Assembly: GCA_964247055.1 (NCBI GenBank) | Contig: OZ176052.1 | Location: 5,146,001-5,210,000 of the forward strand | DNA: 64,000 nucleotides | Reading direction: 5' to 3' | Source: Paragordius varius | Taxonomy: Eukaryota > Animalia > Nematomorpha | In this document: one piece after another, positions 52,301-64,000 of the stretch | How the letters are laid out: each line of letters starts with the position of its first letter | How positions within the stretch are numbered: the first letter of the stretch is position 1 | Translations under genes and position numbers: made by a program | The notes under the pieces: model-generated | The model's database searches: none | Seen by the model: the letters and a program-made list of their open reading frames with translations, nothing else | Told to the model about the DNA's origin: nothing

Positions 52301-53613
52301 AATCAATAAATAAATTATGATCTATACCAGGGGTTTGCAGCATAAATGGGTTCAAGGGCCGCATTTTCAACTACCGCATTTGAAATATATATGGGTATCA
52401 AATAATTTATTAGATTTCAAACAGACTGTAATATGCAAACACAATATAACAATTTTTTCGTTCTTGCCAATTGGATAGACTTATTTATTGAATATTTTAA
52501 AGATATCAACAGTTTTGTTAGTATATTTTTATTATTAGCTTTCCAAATTTTTCGCGAGCCGTTTGTCAGACACCCCTCATCCATATAAAAAAGAACACAC
52601 AAATAAAAATATAAAAAAATGCTAAAAATTAACTTGGGCTGTTCAATAAATTTTTCAACCATAATTTTCTCATTGCCGAAAGCTTTTGTTGCTTCGTTCC
52701 TTACACTTTCAAGATTGGAAAGAAAATCATTTTCTTGGCGACATATTCGTATCCCCTGTTTTGGATAATTTTATATGCTTATGAAATTAATTAATACTGA
52801 AGATAATGGCCAAAAAACTATTATTTATTAGCGATTATAAAAATAATATCTCGCATATTTTAAATAAAAATGGGGGGTAAAATATACTAAAATATAAATT
52901 ATATTATTAATTAGCGACTTTTATATTAACAAAATTATTATGTAATAATTTTTTAATATAAATTCTAACTTTTCCGCCGCCACCATAATCAGCTTTTAAT
53001 AAAACTGGAAATCCGATAGCTTTTGCCTCCTGAAGCAATAAATTATCGTTTTGATTTTCGCCGAAATAGCCAGGTATGATTGGGACATTGTTTTTCTGCA
53101 TTAGGTTTTTGGATACGCTAAAAAATCGCAAAATATATATGCAATGGCACATAGAAATTATTATATAAAATTTTAAAAATTAATATACATAACTATTGAT
53201 TATTTAATCATTTAAATAACCTTTTTATCCCCATATCATGGATAGATTTTGAATTTGGACCTATGAATTTTAACTTGTTATCCGTGCATTTTTGTGCAAA
53301 TTCAAAATTTTCAGATAAAAATCCATAACCTGGATGAATAGCCTAAATATTTTAGATATAAATACATCTGATTTTGTAATTTTTGCTAATTTTATTATGG
53401 CTTCCTGATTTAAATAACTCAATGGAGGAGGTGCAGGTCCTATGCAATAAGATTCATCGCACTATATTAAAAAAATTATACATTTTCATAAAAAGATGAT
53501 CCTCTATCTTTTTCACTGAAAATCGCAACAGTTTGTATCCCGAGTAGTTTAGCAGTTTTGTTGATTCGCCCGCATATTTCTCCACGATTGGCTATTAGGA
53601 TTTTCTGGATCAT
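46393..53613 (-). CDS. MCCC1: Biotin-dependent carboxylase alpha subunit, most like 3-methylcrotonyl-CoA carboxylase alpha; about 15 exons
   Basis: [10 protein letters not shown]; [11 protein letters not shown]; [12 protein letters not shown]; DMGIK; [29 protein letters not shown]; [17 protein letters not shown]; [13 protein letters not shown]; YYDSMIAKL; [17 protein letters not shown] (biotin Lys); last exon [14 protein letters not shown]...KAP*. The DMGIK and GENQ motifs favour MCCC1 over PCCA. Confidence 0.85.
51738..52246. mobile_element. hAT-type MITE (TAGGGTTGTGC TIR, GGTCA/TGACC subterminal repeats) in an MCCC1 intron
   Basis: GAGGGTTGTGC ... GCACAACCCTA; perfect 8-bp TSD GTTGTATA at 51730-51737 and 52247-52254. 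Confidence 0.85.
52328..52578. mobile_element. Small hAT-type MITE
   Basis: CAGGGGTTTGCA ... CAGACACCCCTC; flanks ATCTATAC / ATCCATAT (6/8); GGGCCGCATTTT motif shared with 60881-61194 and about 32260-32330. Confidence 0.6.
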
Positions 53614-53985
53614 ATGGTCGGCACGTTTATTTAAAATGTTAACGAAGAGATGGTAATCACTTGCTCTGCATATGTTGTATAACTATCATAAGTTGAAAAG
53701 ACCATTCAAATTTATAAAAAAACGCTTTTTCTGAGAAGTTTGAAAAGGCGGAAGGGCCAATTGTGGAAGTGGCTAGGTGGTCCTTTTTACACATTTTATT
53801 TTGGTTGCACACGATAATGTTTTGAAGAGTTTAATAGTTTAGTCTCGTAAACAACTCACTGTTTTGAAGTAAGTTTTAGTTTTAATTATACTGCGCAAGT
53901 CGGGGGTTATAAAAAATATCCGCATATAATATATTCTAATAAGGTATAATTAATACTTTTGGTATTAGCCCTTACGAGTCTTTAA

Positions 53986-54537
53986 CACTTCGATTCAAAT
54001 TGGGCTATTTAAATACCCCAGACGAAATTTGAATTAGGATTTTTAAAAAACTACTGAAGGAAACGGTCCTAATTTAAATTTATGCTTATATCCTAATAAA
54101 AATTATATAAATATGCCAAAATATCCAAATAAAATTTTGTTTTGAAAAAAAAGCTCTATCTCAAACTACTTCGACGCCATTTTTATTTTACAAAATTTTT
54201 GCAAAATATCGTCTTTATTTAATTTTAAGTCTAAAATTAGAGCTAATTTTTTATTTAAATTACATCTAACATTGATAGAAATGGAAAAAGCTGTTTATTT
54301 TGTATTATTTTTCGATTTCACCATTGCACGCATGTCACGCTGACTAAATTTTTACCTTATGGTTTTAGCTTCAAAGAAGTTATATCAAATATTTTTGAAT
54401 AAATTTTTTTATATATTTCGGTTTATTATTGTTATATAGGTGCGAGATTTTGCCATGGAATTAAATTTTAAACAAGCCTGGGGTATTTAACCCCAATTTG
54501 AATCGAAGGACTAAAATGAATATGTTGTATCCAAGTG
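53986..54537 (+). mobile_element. piggyBac-like non-autonomous element, copy 2
   Basis: TTAA|CACTT...AAGTG|TTAA; collinear with 38903-39480 along its length. Confidence 0.8.
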
Positions 54538-56119
54538 TTAAATCAGTATTTACACCATCTTGGTATATGCTCTATATCATGTAATGGCTCAATTTGCACA
54601 TTTTAAAATTAATTCATTTAATGACTGCTTCTTTCATGTAAATATCACTAAAATATATCACAAATAACAATATGTTTAGATAGTTAATTTAAAAATGCGC
54701 GTTTCGAAAGTATAGAATTTTTTTGCGCCTCTAAAATGGGCTAGTCTTAACACCCTATTACCTTTTGGTGTGGTCTATCCCAGTTAAGGTAGTAAGCCGA
54801 AATTAAAAACATGCTTTTTTTGTTTTTGAGGCACATTATACAAATATTTTTAAAATAAATTATAAAAAATATGCATCTCAAACTTTTTACCGCCAATTTT
54901 TGTATAAATTTTTTTTAAATCGCTAATGCAACAGGTGTGTATTATGGTGTGAAAATGTAAATGATAAACTTTAAAAAGCTTCAGGCTACATTTTGCCATC
55001 CGAAACTTGATATAATATTGATTTATATCAGCTTTTTGTCTCAATCGTGGTTGGGAGCTGTCAAACTTTTAGGCTCTTGAAGTCACAAACCTGTATCTGA
55101 TAATTTTAATTTTTAATTATAAACGCATTTTTTGTTTACTATAATTATTGGTATTAATGTTTTTCTCTTATCTATACAACATTCATCCTAAAATAAAAAT
55201 TTCATCCACACACTGTAAAATAATATTGTTGGCCAGTATTCTACCAATTGGTAGTAATAGAGCAATTGGCCAACAAAAGTGAGTACTGTATTCCATTTAC
55301 ATTATGTGTACGATCGTATCATATTATTTATTTACTATTAATTAGATGTCGTATTAGTAATTTACCCATTATAAGGTAATGATATTTTAAAATTATTATC
55401 AAATAATTTTAAAATAAATCTGGATGGCATGAGATCATTAAAGTATTTTAAAACCAAATTTGAAAATGTCATCTAAATTTAATTTTCAAAATTTGATTTT
55501 AATTTTGATGATAAACGATAAAGAATTCTTCTTCCCATTCTTTTTTTTATAATAAATAATTTTTTATTTCCAATTAAAATTATATCTTTTTTTCTATATA
55601 TATCATTTCATATTATTAATTGGTTTTATATTCCCTAAACCTCGAAAACATTAATATGAAAAATAAGGCTGAGATGAGAAAGTATTTAGTCATAGACACC
55701 ATTAAATTCTCCTTGATATATCTTTAACTTTACCAGTTTCAGAAACTATATTCTCTCTCATCCGGAGACATCCATCCCCAACCACAGTCTCACTACGCAT
55801 CCGTAACACAAAAACGCTCAATATTTATTAATATATCCATTACATGTGATCCCACATTTATATTCTTTTTAGCATTGTATTTTTATATCCCTTATATTTT
55901 TATTTTCTATTAATAACGTAGTATGTCTCATTCTAAATTACTTATATTTTTTGAACTGCAACAAATTTAACAAGTCAATTTAACACTTCATGACCTTCTT
56001 TGTCCTAGTTGACATATTGGGGTATTTTTTTATCCCAGAGCTCAATATTATAAATTAACTACTTTTTTAAAAGTTATTTTAGTAATTTAATTATCAAACA
56101 TTGTTCTCATGTATTAGAT

Positions 56120-57769
56120 CAGTGGTACTCACCTAAAAAATTTGACGGGCCAAATAAAATATATTTTTTTCCAAGGCCATGAACCTTATAATGGCAAATA
56201 TTCCATAGCTATTTGACACATATGCATATTTACACTCTAAATCAGCACAATGAATTATTTGCGGATCGCATGTAAATCCAACTAAAAACTTGTTTTGCAC
56301 CATTTAGTTTAAAAAATTAAAATATTTTGATAATATTATTTTTGATCCAATAATTTTTGACGAATTTGGTTTACCTCATGCCAATCTTAATACGTCCTCC
56401 ATATGATCATCGGTTAAGCGAATTCTGTATACTCTGGATATCTTTCAGAAAGTTTTTAAATTGGTTAAATTTTCCACGGATGTGGTTAACTATATCAACA
56501 ACCGTTTTAATTACTGAATTGATTAATTTATCTTTTAAACTAGAAAACAAGTTTCGCTGATGAATAAAGCAGTGAAAGGTAAAATATTTTGCAAATTATA
56601 TTGTTTTTTAAAAGAGGATTAAATCCTTTGTTCATTAGATAGACAGCCATCTGTGCAGATGAAAACCAATTTTTTCTTAGATATACTATTATTATAGATC
56701 ACTTCCTTTCGTGGTATTATTCATTAGTAAAAATTTTAAATATTCCTCGTTGATTATGTTGTCGTTACAAAATCTCACGAAGAGTGCACATTGTGGGGTT
56801 GAAATAATATCAGTGCTAGAATCAATAGTGATACTAAAATATTTGCTGTTTTTCAGAGCCAATAATGTATTGTTAATAATATATTTAGACATATCTTCAA
56901 TGCGTCGAGCACATGTTGAATCAGAAAGTTGAGGTTTTTCATTTGCCTCATGATTTGTCAAAAAAAAAGTGCAACCATTTATTAGACATTCTTTTATTAG
57001 TTGGGAATCTGTAAACGGTTTTATATTTTTTCCTAAAATATAGCAAATTTCACACAAAGCTAATGTTACAACTTATTTCTGGGAGAAAGCTATGGACATA
57101 ATAGATTTTTCTTTCTGGTATAATTCCTTAATCTTTTTCGTTACTTTCCTCGTAATTTTCTGGTAATGATGAATTAAATGTCTTTCAATATTGTAATTTT
57201 AATAATGTAATGCAGCTAACAACTTTTTATTTAAAACGACAAAGATTTTTCTTCCAATCTTTTTTAAAGAGGCGATTTTCATGGATTTTTTAGCCTTAGA
57301 TGTCATCCTTTGAATTTATGTTTAAATATTATGTAAATTTTTTCAAAAAAATAGGAATATAATTTGAATTATGCTATAAAAAGATGGGTCGAAATTTAAT
57401 GATGTTAATTTTAAAAATATTTTATGGGAATGAGTTATAAAAATGATGCAGGATAGCAATGAAAAGAATATGTATATGCAAGTTTGGGTGAAAGGCTTGC
57501 TTAAATACAAAAAGGGCAATAAAATTAAAATAGAAAAGAAAATAGAAACAAGTGTGCCAAAATTTGAAATTTTAATCTAGGGAATTCTACATTTCAAATA
57601 TGATAAAAAATAAAAATTACCAAAATCTAAAGAAAATAAATTAATATTAAAATAAGCTAAAATTCGTTGTTTATTTTAAAAATTCATCAATACAAAAAAT
57701 AATTTAAGTGTCAATATGGTCATAGGGCAATTTTAAAGCGTTCTTAGGGCCGCGGTTTCAGTACCGCTG
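56120..57769 (-). mobile_element. Second, more deleted copy of the SPIN/Buster-type hAT
   Basis: CAGTGGTACTCA ... TCAGTACCGCTG; flanks TATTAGAT / TATCAAAT (6/8); collinear with 42217-44484 but with different deletions. ORF 56692-57057 contains FSITIDSSTDIISTPQCALFVRF. Confidence 0.87.
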
Positions 57770-58267
57770 TATCAAATAAAAAGATTATATTTTTTACAAT
57801 TTTGTGTCTAGAGTCTTAAATTAAGACTGCTCCAAAACACGATTGATACAAACAACTGATATTATAAATAAAATATATCAAGTTTTTGCTGGTGAAAAGC
57901 CTAAAACTTTTTTATTTAGATGCTCTAATTATACATTTATTTGCTAGCTACATTAGCGATTCGAAAATTTATAGAAAAACATGGCGGGAAAAAGTTTAAG
58001 ATGAATATATTTTTACAATTTTATATTTTTAAAAAATTGGCTAAAGCGCCTAAAAGATAAAGAAAGCACAATTTTGAATTCGGCTTATGCCATTATTTTA
58101 AGATATTGAAATTCAATCGCTCTGGGATATAAAACTATCCCAAAATGGAGTGTTAATTACAATAAATGGTATAAATTTAACCATCCTCAAACGATGTAAA
58201 CCGAATAGAATTATTTTTATGAATATATTATATATAAAATTTATTATAAATATATAAATTATTATTA

Positions 58268-61200
58268 TTATAAAAAAGACGTGACTAATATTACAATAGT
58301 TAGAGTTAAAAGAATATTGCCAAAAATGCTATGGTTATGCAAATCAGAATCCCTTGAAAAGAGTGGCTTCATTGGTGTTGGTAAGGATGAATAATTATTA
58401 GCATCTGATCCATTTCTATAGAATAAATTATTTTTATAAATATTTTGGAAAGTACAGTAAAAATTTAAATTTTACAGACAAGATGTAAAAACCTAAAGAC
58501 AAATATTTTTTCAAAAGACAACTATATTTTTTAAACTTATTTTTTTTAAATTTGATTCATTGTTTTCTCTGCAAAGTATGAAATAGAGATATAATTGGTA
58601 CACAATCAATTATATATTTTACAATTGAAAGTAAATATATGTAGGAAAAAGTAGCGTGTAAAGAAGTATGTTGGATGCCCTTTGAGAAAAAATATTTGTC
58701 TTTCAGATTTTGCGTTTCGCCTCTATAATTTCATTTTTTACTCTAGGATAATATTTTTAACCACTGGTTGTGTTTGAAAAAAAATGGAAGTCGGTTGCAT
58801 TTGGGCTATAAAACCACAAACTGACTTTTAGCTGTATTTGTTTCAAAGATTATTCACGGAAAAATTAAAAAGTTTTAATTAATAGATAAAAGTAAATAAA
58901 GAAAAAAATATAACTATTAACATAATTTCTTAAACCTATTATCAGAGACTCGCCTTTATCAAATAACTAGCTTGTATTTAACAATGTTTAGCTTTGGATC
59001 ATTATTTGGTTTTATAAGATTGTTAAAAGAATATTATAACACTCATTCCGGTTTGCAACATAATAACTCTTACTGTTTTTAATTAAAATAACTTATAGTT
59101 AATTAAATGAATGATTGCTGGTACCGTCAGTTTTTTTGAAAAATACAAGGTTCTTTACTTTATTTGCTGTTTTCTTTTTCAGAAAAAAAGGTATTTTATA
59201 CCATATATTTGTATAATTTAATTATATAGATCCCTATATTTGAAAAATTACAATCGAAATTTAAACCATTGTGAACAATGGAACTGGAGCCAAAAAGTAT
59301 TCGTTATCAAAACCAAAACAAAAAACGGTCCAGGTTCCAATCCCTGACATATACATAATGAAGTAACGCTACATATCCAAATATAGTTAAAAAATTTGAC
59401 AATTTAAGGTTTACTTTATGTTTCTTTTGTGTATCATCCATAAATCTCTGAATTTTGGTGGAATTTCAATGTTGTAAACATCTTTGTTAAATAAATATCG
59501 ATAGTGATGACTACTTATTTGCTTTTGATGTTTTCCATTATTTGTAAGTAAAACATTTTGCTTAGGTTTAGCATAGTTTCTTGAATGCAAAAAATTCAGT
59601 TTTGAATAACTTAGTGGATTTAGGTAGGGAGCATAACTTTTATTGGGTATTTCCGATATTTGTTTATTCTGCATTGATATAGTTTTTCCTATCATCATCA
59701 AATTGGGTTCATTATATGGGTACCAAATTCCATTTGAGTCAGCATGATGTATAAGGTAACCGGATAACTGTAAATCCTTAAAAATAGTGTCTTGCCCAAG
59801 AAAGTGTGCTATTAAATTATATAGTATTGCACAATTATTTTAATATACTTAGGCATTTCAAGATCGATATTAAAACTTTTTTATTAATTGCTCGATGAAA
59901 AATAAAAATATTATTTTAGTTAATACATATATGCATATACCTGCACCTAGGGCGAAGAAATTTGTTATATTTTTTTGTAACACCTTTGGTATTTTATATG
60001 CCATTGCTTTATTCCTAACATTAATTAATTGGTTTTGAAATATGGTGTTTAAATGGTTTAATTGCATTGTTGACGATGATGATGATGATGTTTTGGGTAT
60101 GAACTTAAATGTTTGTTTATCGTTATTGCGACTGCTAAAAGAATCGAGATTTCTGGAAGCTGTTGGGTTATCTTGCGTGATTTTAACAAAAGGTTGAGAG
60201 TATTGATGATCTGTGTCGAGTATATCATATATATTACCACAATTATAAATGTCAGCAATGTCATATAGGTCCATTTCTTTGTCCTTATCTGGCCGCTTGT
60301 TTGATAATTTGTAATAAAAAGGATTTGATTTTTGTCGCAATAATTTTGTATAAAATTTTAATTCTTTGATAAGCATAGATTCCTTGCTTGCTAGGGTTAG
60401 ATTTAAGGCATTTAGGACCTAAAAATGTACAAATATAAAATAAAATAGATGGGAATTTTTTTTTACTTCAATACTAATCTCAAAACAACTTACAAGCTAA
60501 AATTGACATGGTTTTATACCATTTACACTTAAATTCACCTTAACCATTATTCTCCTTAAATAATTCAAATACACCCTCAAACAATTCAAATTACCCTAAA
60601 ATAGATGAGGTGTTTTTAAATATAAAATCCCTATATTTTTTTATATTTTTAAAAAATGATAAATTATGCCGTAAAGAAATATATTAGTTATATTCAAAGT
60701 TATATTAGGAAATAATATTTAGGGTGAATTTAATTGTTCAAGGGTGAATTCGATATGTTCGAAGGTGATTTTGAGTTGTAAATGGTATACTATACTATAG
60801 CTCGTATAATTTTAATACTTTAGTATAAATATAGTTCGGCTGTATTCACTAAATGTTGATATTGAAATATACTTTAAAATCAAAGGTGTCGAACACAAAT
60901 GGCTTCGCGGGCCGCATTTTTGGCCCAAAAATCTGGACGGCTGTAAAATATGGGCATTAATTAATAATTTTATCTTTTAACCAAAAGACTGTGAAAAATG
61001 CCAAAAATATAAATATATTATACCATTTTATTTAGTTCGTTGGAAATTGGTAAAACCTACCTTTTTAAAAAATATCAATTTATTAAAATTTTGTGAGGAT
61101 GTTTATGCAAATTGTGGATTTCGTTATTATTTGAGAACTTTTCTAAATTTCGCGGTCAAACTTAACTTCCAGGAGGGCCGCATTGGACACCCTGCTTTAA

Positions 61201-62566
61201 AAGATAATTTATACTCTGTTTTATTTTTCTGTAAAATGAGAATTTCTATTTAACCTTTGAATTTTATTTAAATTTATATTGCAATCAATAAAAACCATGA
61301 ACAATGGTTAAATTGACGAATTCATCCTTTAGTTTAAATAAGGTTAAATAGAGTGTGCCCGTGGATACTTTTTATTTAAATCACCACAAGTTTATTTTTC
61401 TGTATGTTATAAAACTTTTATATTATTATAATACCAAAGAGAATTTATACATATTTTGTAAAACTTATTTCGTTAGTCGTAACATCTTATGAAAATGAAG
61501 CTTTGGTAAAACAATCGCGACCTTGACCATTGTTAGGGATGAAATTGACTTGGCATTTTCGCATTAAAAAAATATTTTTTATTTTTTACTTCATAATCAT
61601 AATATTTGCATTTGGCTTTCCAAATAATATTAACCTTTATATTTTGGAGATACTAGAGTGAAAAAACAATTTTTTTCCTATAAGATTTCACAGTTAATAT
61701 TAACTTTGGGTAAATACCTGTTTTGCATCCAAATTATTTAATGGATTACATTGATCTCCCACAGTCTCGAGAGATCCTATTTGTTTTTCAAGTTTCTTAG
61801 CTTTTAGCGTTAAAAATAAGTCGAGAATCGGGGTCCCCAATTTTAAGACATCATATTTGGAGATTGAACTTAGAAGCAGCAAGATCCATACTGGCCTTTT
61901 TTTAAACCAATTGTTAGTGATAGAATCATAGATTTGATGTGACGCTTGTGAAATATCATTATCTATCATTATCTTTTTTCTGATGTTGGTGCTGTTTTTT
62001 AAGGTTAATATTTTTTTGTCTTTGTTTTTGTTTTTAAAACGACTCACATACCTTGGGTGAAACACTGATATTTCACGGTTTTTTTTCATAAAATATCTTT
62101 TCTTACGTTGATTACTATATTGGTAATGTGGTATATTTTTGTTAATAGAGGATTTTTTTGTCCAGTTATCCAGGGAATTCGTCATTATAATTGATTCTAG
62201 TTGAGATATATGATATCTATCGGCAGCACCATTAATAATTATTTGCCGTTCCAACAGCCATAATGGAATTATATCTTTAAAGGTTCGGAAAAAGTTGATA
62301 AGTCTACGTATTATTTCATAGGGTAAGTGATCAAAAATGCTTTGTCCAGCTGGTAACAATTGACACGTTTCAAGTGTTTCCACAGTGTTAGGGTCATGTA
62401 AATTCAATTCAAAGTATACATGGTCGGATGATTCAAATGCTAGTTTAGCGGGCCAAGGTATTTTATCCCACACTAAATCATAGGGTATATGAATGGTTCC
62501 ATACATGTATGATGGAAGATTGCCTGGTTTACTAATCCTCCACAAAAACGAATTTTTCCCCATAAT
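58268..62566 (-). CDS. TRABD2: Tiki/TRABD2 (TraB/PrgY-family) Wnt-cleaving metalloprotease; 5' exon(s) unresolved, probably toward or after the window end
   Basis: NSFLWRI..PSYMYGTIHIPY, VYFEL, CQLLP, NW.KKRPVW, PILDLFL, GSLETVGDQCNPLN | VLNALNLTL, YNCG, RNKAM, FFALGA | AHFLG. Exons about 62566-61715, 60418-59940, 59812-59415 and 58415-58268. The last exon (absent from the ORF track) ends SIFGNILLTLTIVILVTSFL*, GPI-signal-like. Confidence 0.88.
60519..60785. mobile_element. TA-TSD MITE (TIR CCATTTACA), third family member, in a Tiki intron
   Basis: TA|CCATTTACA ... TGTAAATGG|TA with subterminal AATTCACCC / GGGTGAATT repeats. Confidence 0.8.
60881..61194. mobile_element. hAT-type MITE in a Tiki intron
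   Basis: CAAAGGTGTCGAAC ... TTGGACACCCTG; CTTTAAAA on both sides (60872-60879 with one extra base; 61195-61202). Confidence 0.7.
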
Positions 62567-62889
62567 CTATAAAGGATAAAAGGTTTTTACTAAAGTAAAC
62601 ATACATTGCTATTTTTCAATATTTTGCCTGAGAGCATATGTAGAAGAAAAAAAGGAAACATTATTGGCTGATAGTAGTAAAAAGGGAAAAATATAACTTT
62701 GCAGCTAATATTTTTTCTCTTTGCTGTCTGTATAAGCTACCTGGTAATAATTAATTTAAAATACTAGTAATGAATATTTTTTCATACTGTATATTAGGGT
62801 AAATTAAGCAAATATATGTAAAATTTGAAATAAATTCGTGAACAATGTAAATTCTAACTTGCTCTAAAGCAATTGTTATCATCCATTAA

Positions 62890-63462
62890 CACTTGGATAC
62901 AACACATTCATTATAGTCCTTCGATTCAAATTGGGGTAGTTAAATACCCCCTGCCTGTTTAAAGCTAAATTCTTAAAAAATTTGGAAGGAATCGAAACCA
63001 GGGCAAAATTTTGCACTTATGTAACATTAATAAACCGAAATATATAAAAAAAATTTATTCAAAAATATTTAATATTATTTATTTTAAGCTAAAACCGAAA
63101 GGTAAAAATTTAGTTAACGTGACATGTGTGCAATGGTAAAATTGAAAAATAATACAAAATAAACCGCTTTTTCTATTTCTATCAATGTTAGATGTATTTA
63201 AATAAAAAATTTGCTTTAAATTTACCCTTAAAATTAAATGAAGACGATATTTAGTAAAAATTTTGTAAAATATGGCGTCGAAGTATACATGGATATTTTT
63301 TTTTAAAACAAAATTTTATTTAGAGACTTTGGCATATTTATATAATTTATACTAGGATAGAAGCATAAATTTAAATTGAGACCATTTCCTTCAGTAGTTT
63401 TTAGAAAATCCTAACTCAAATTTAGTCTGGGGTATTTAGATACCCCAAATTGAATAGAAGTG
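62890..63462 (-). mobile_element. piggyBac-like non-autonomous element, copy 3 (inverted)
   Basis: TTAA|CACTTGGATACAACACATTC ... GAAGTG|TTAA; reverse complement of 38903-39480 and 53986-54537. Confidence 0.8.
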
Positions 63463-64000
63463 TTAATACAAAGATGCTTAAAAACTTTAGTATATTTTAG
63501 GCGTTATCAAAACAATCAACTAATGTAATATTAAGGCTGAGTCAAAGAATTATTAGATATTTAAACCAATTAAATCAAATATTATGGTTTGAGATCCATG
63601 CATAATTTTTTGATGAGCAGCATATTCGACTGTTGAAAAATGCCTTAGATATAAAAATTTTCAAAAAAAATACATAAACTGTCGCTAATTACAAACAACC
63701 GTACAGCGATATTCTATGGAACATTCAAAAATTGTTTTTAGCTAAAACTAACAGTTACCACACCCTATGATAACAGCTTCAGATTAAATTATACATTATA
63801 ATGAAGCTTTGATTAGCTGCTCCATGTAGATGTACACAATGAAATAAATATGAGTATTTTTATCTTTTAGGTTATTATTGTTATATATCGGATTTGTGGA
63901 TTTTATATAAGAAATGGCATTTTGTTCCAGTCGCAATAGATTTTTTAATTTTATTACATATATTTTAAAAAATACAATGGATAGAAACAAAAAATAAATG

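Noticed and set aside
59411-60376. ORFs 59411-59701 and 59870-60376 as independent novel genes
   Set aside because: They are Tiki exons (YNCG, RNKAM, FFALGA|AHFLG) with compatible splice phases.

Overview
Very AT-rich eukaryotic (animal-type) genomic DNA, not a prokaryotic locus. It holds six spliced host genes: the 3' part of TAF1 (+), TOPORS (-), FANCM (+), RACK1 (+), MCCC1 (-) and a Tiki/TRABD2 metalloprotease (-, 5' end unresolved). It also holds one selenocysteine tRNA gene. The six-frame ORF track fragments these genes because they are intron-rich. The most striking host feature is a class of ultra-short GT-AG introns: nine of 20-31 nt, placed by protein homology, none a multiple of 3. 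These sit beside kb-sized introns filled with transposons, which suggests a reduced parasitic animal (myxozoan-, dicyemid- or orthonectid-like; taxon is inference only). Introns and intergenic DNA carry many elements: two near-intact RTE-clade LINEs with TSDs inside one degenerate minisatellite, a Penelope-like remnant with inverted pseudo-LTRs and a minimal hammerhead, two decayed mariners, two SPIN/Buster-type hAT copies, piggyBac-like, hAT and TA-TSD MITE families, a tRNA-derived SINE and a Helitron-like end. One LINE has a PHD finger in its RT region; the other has a 5' pseudoknot motif. All calls were made by eye and from remembered family motifs; no searches were run.
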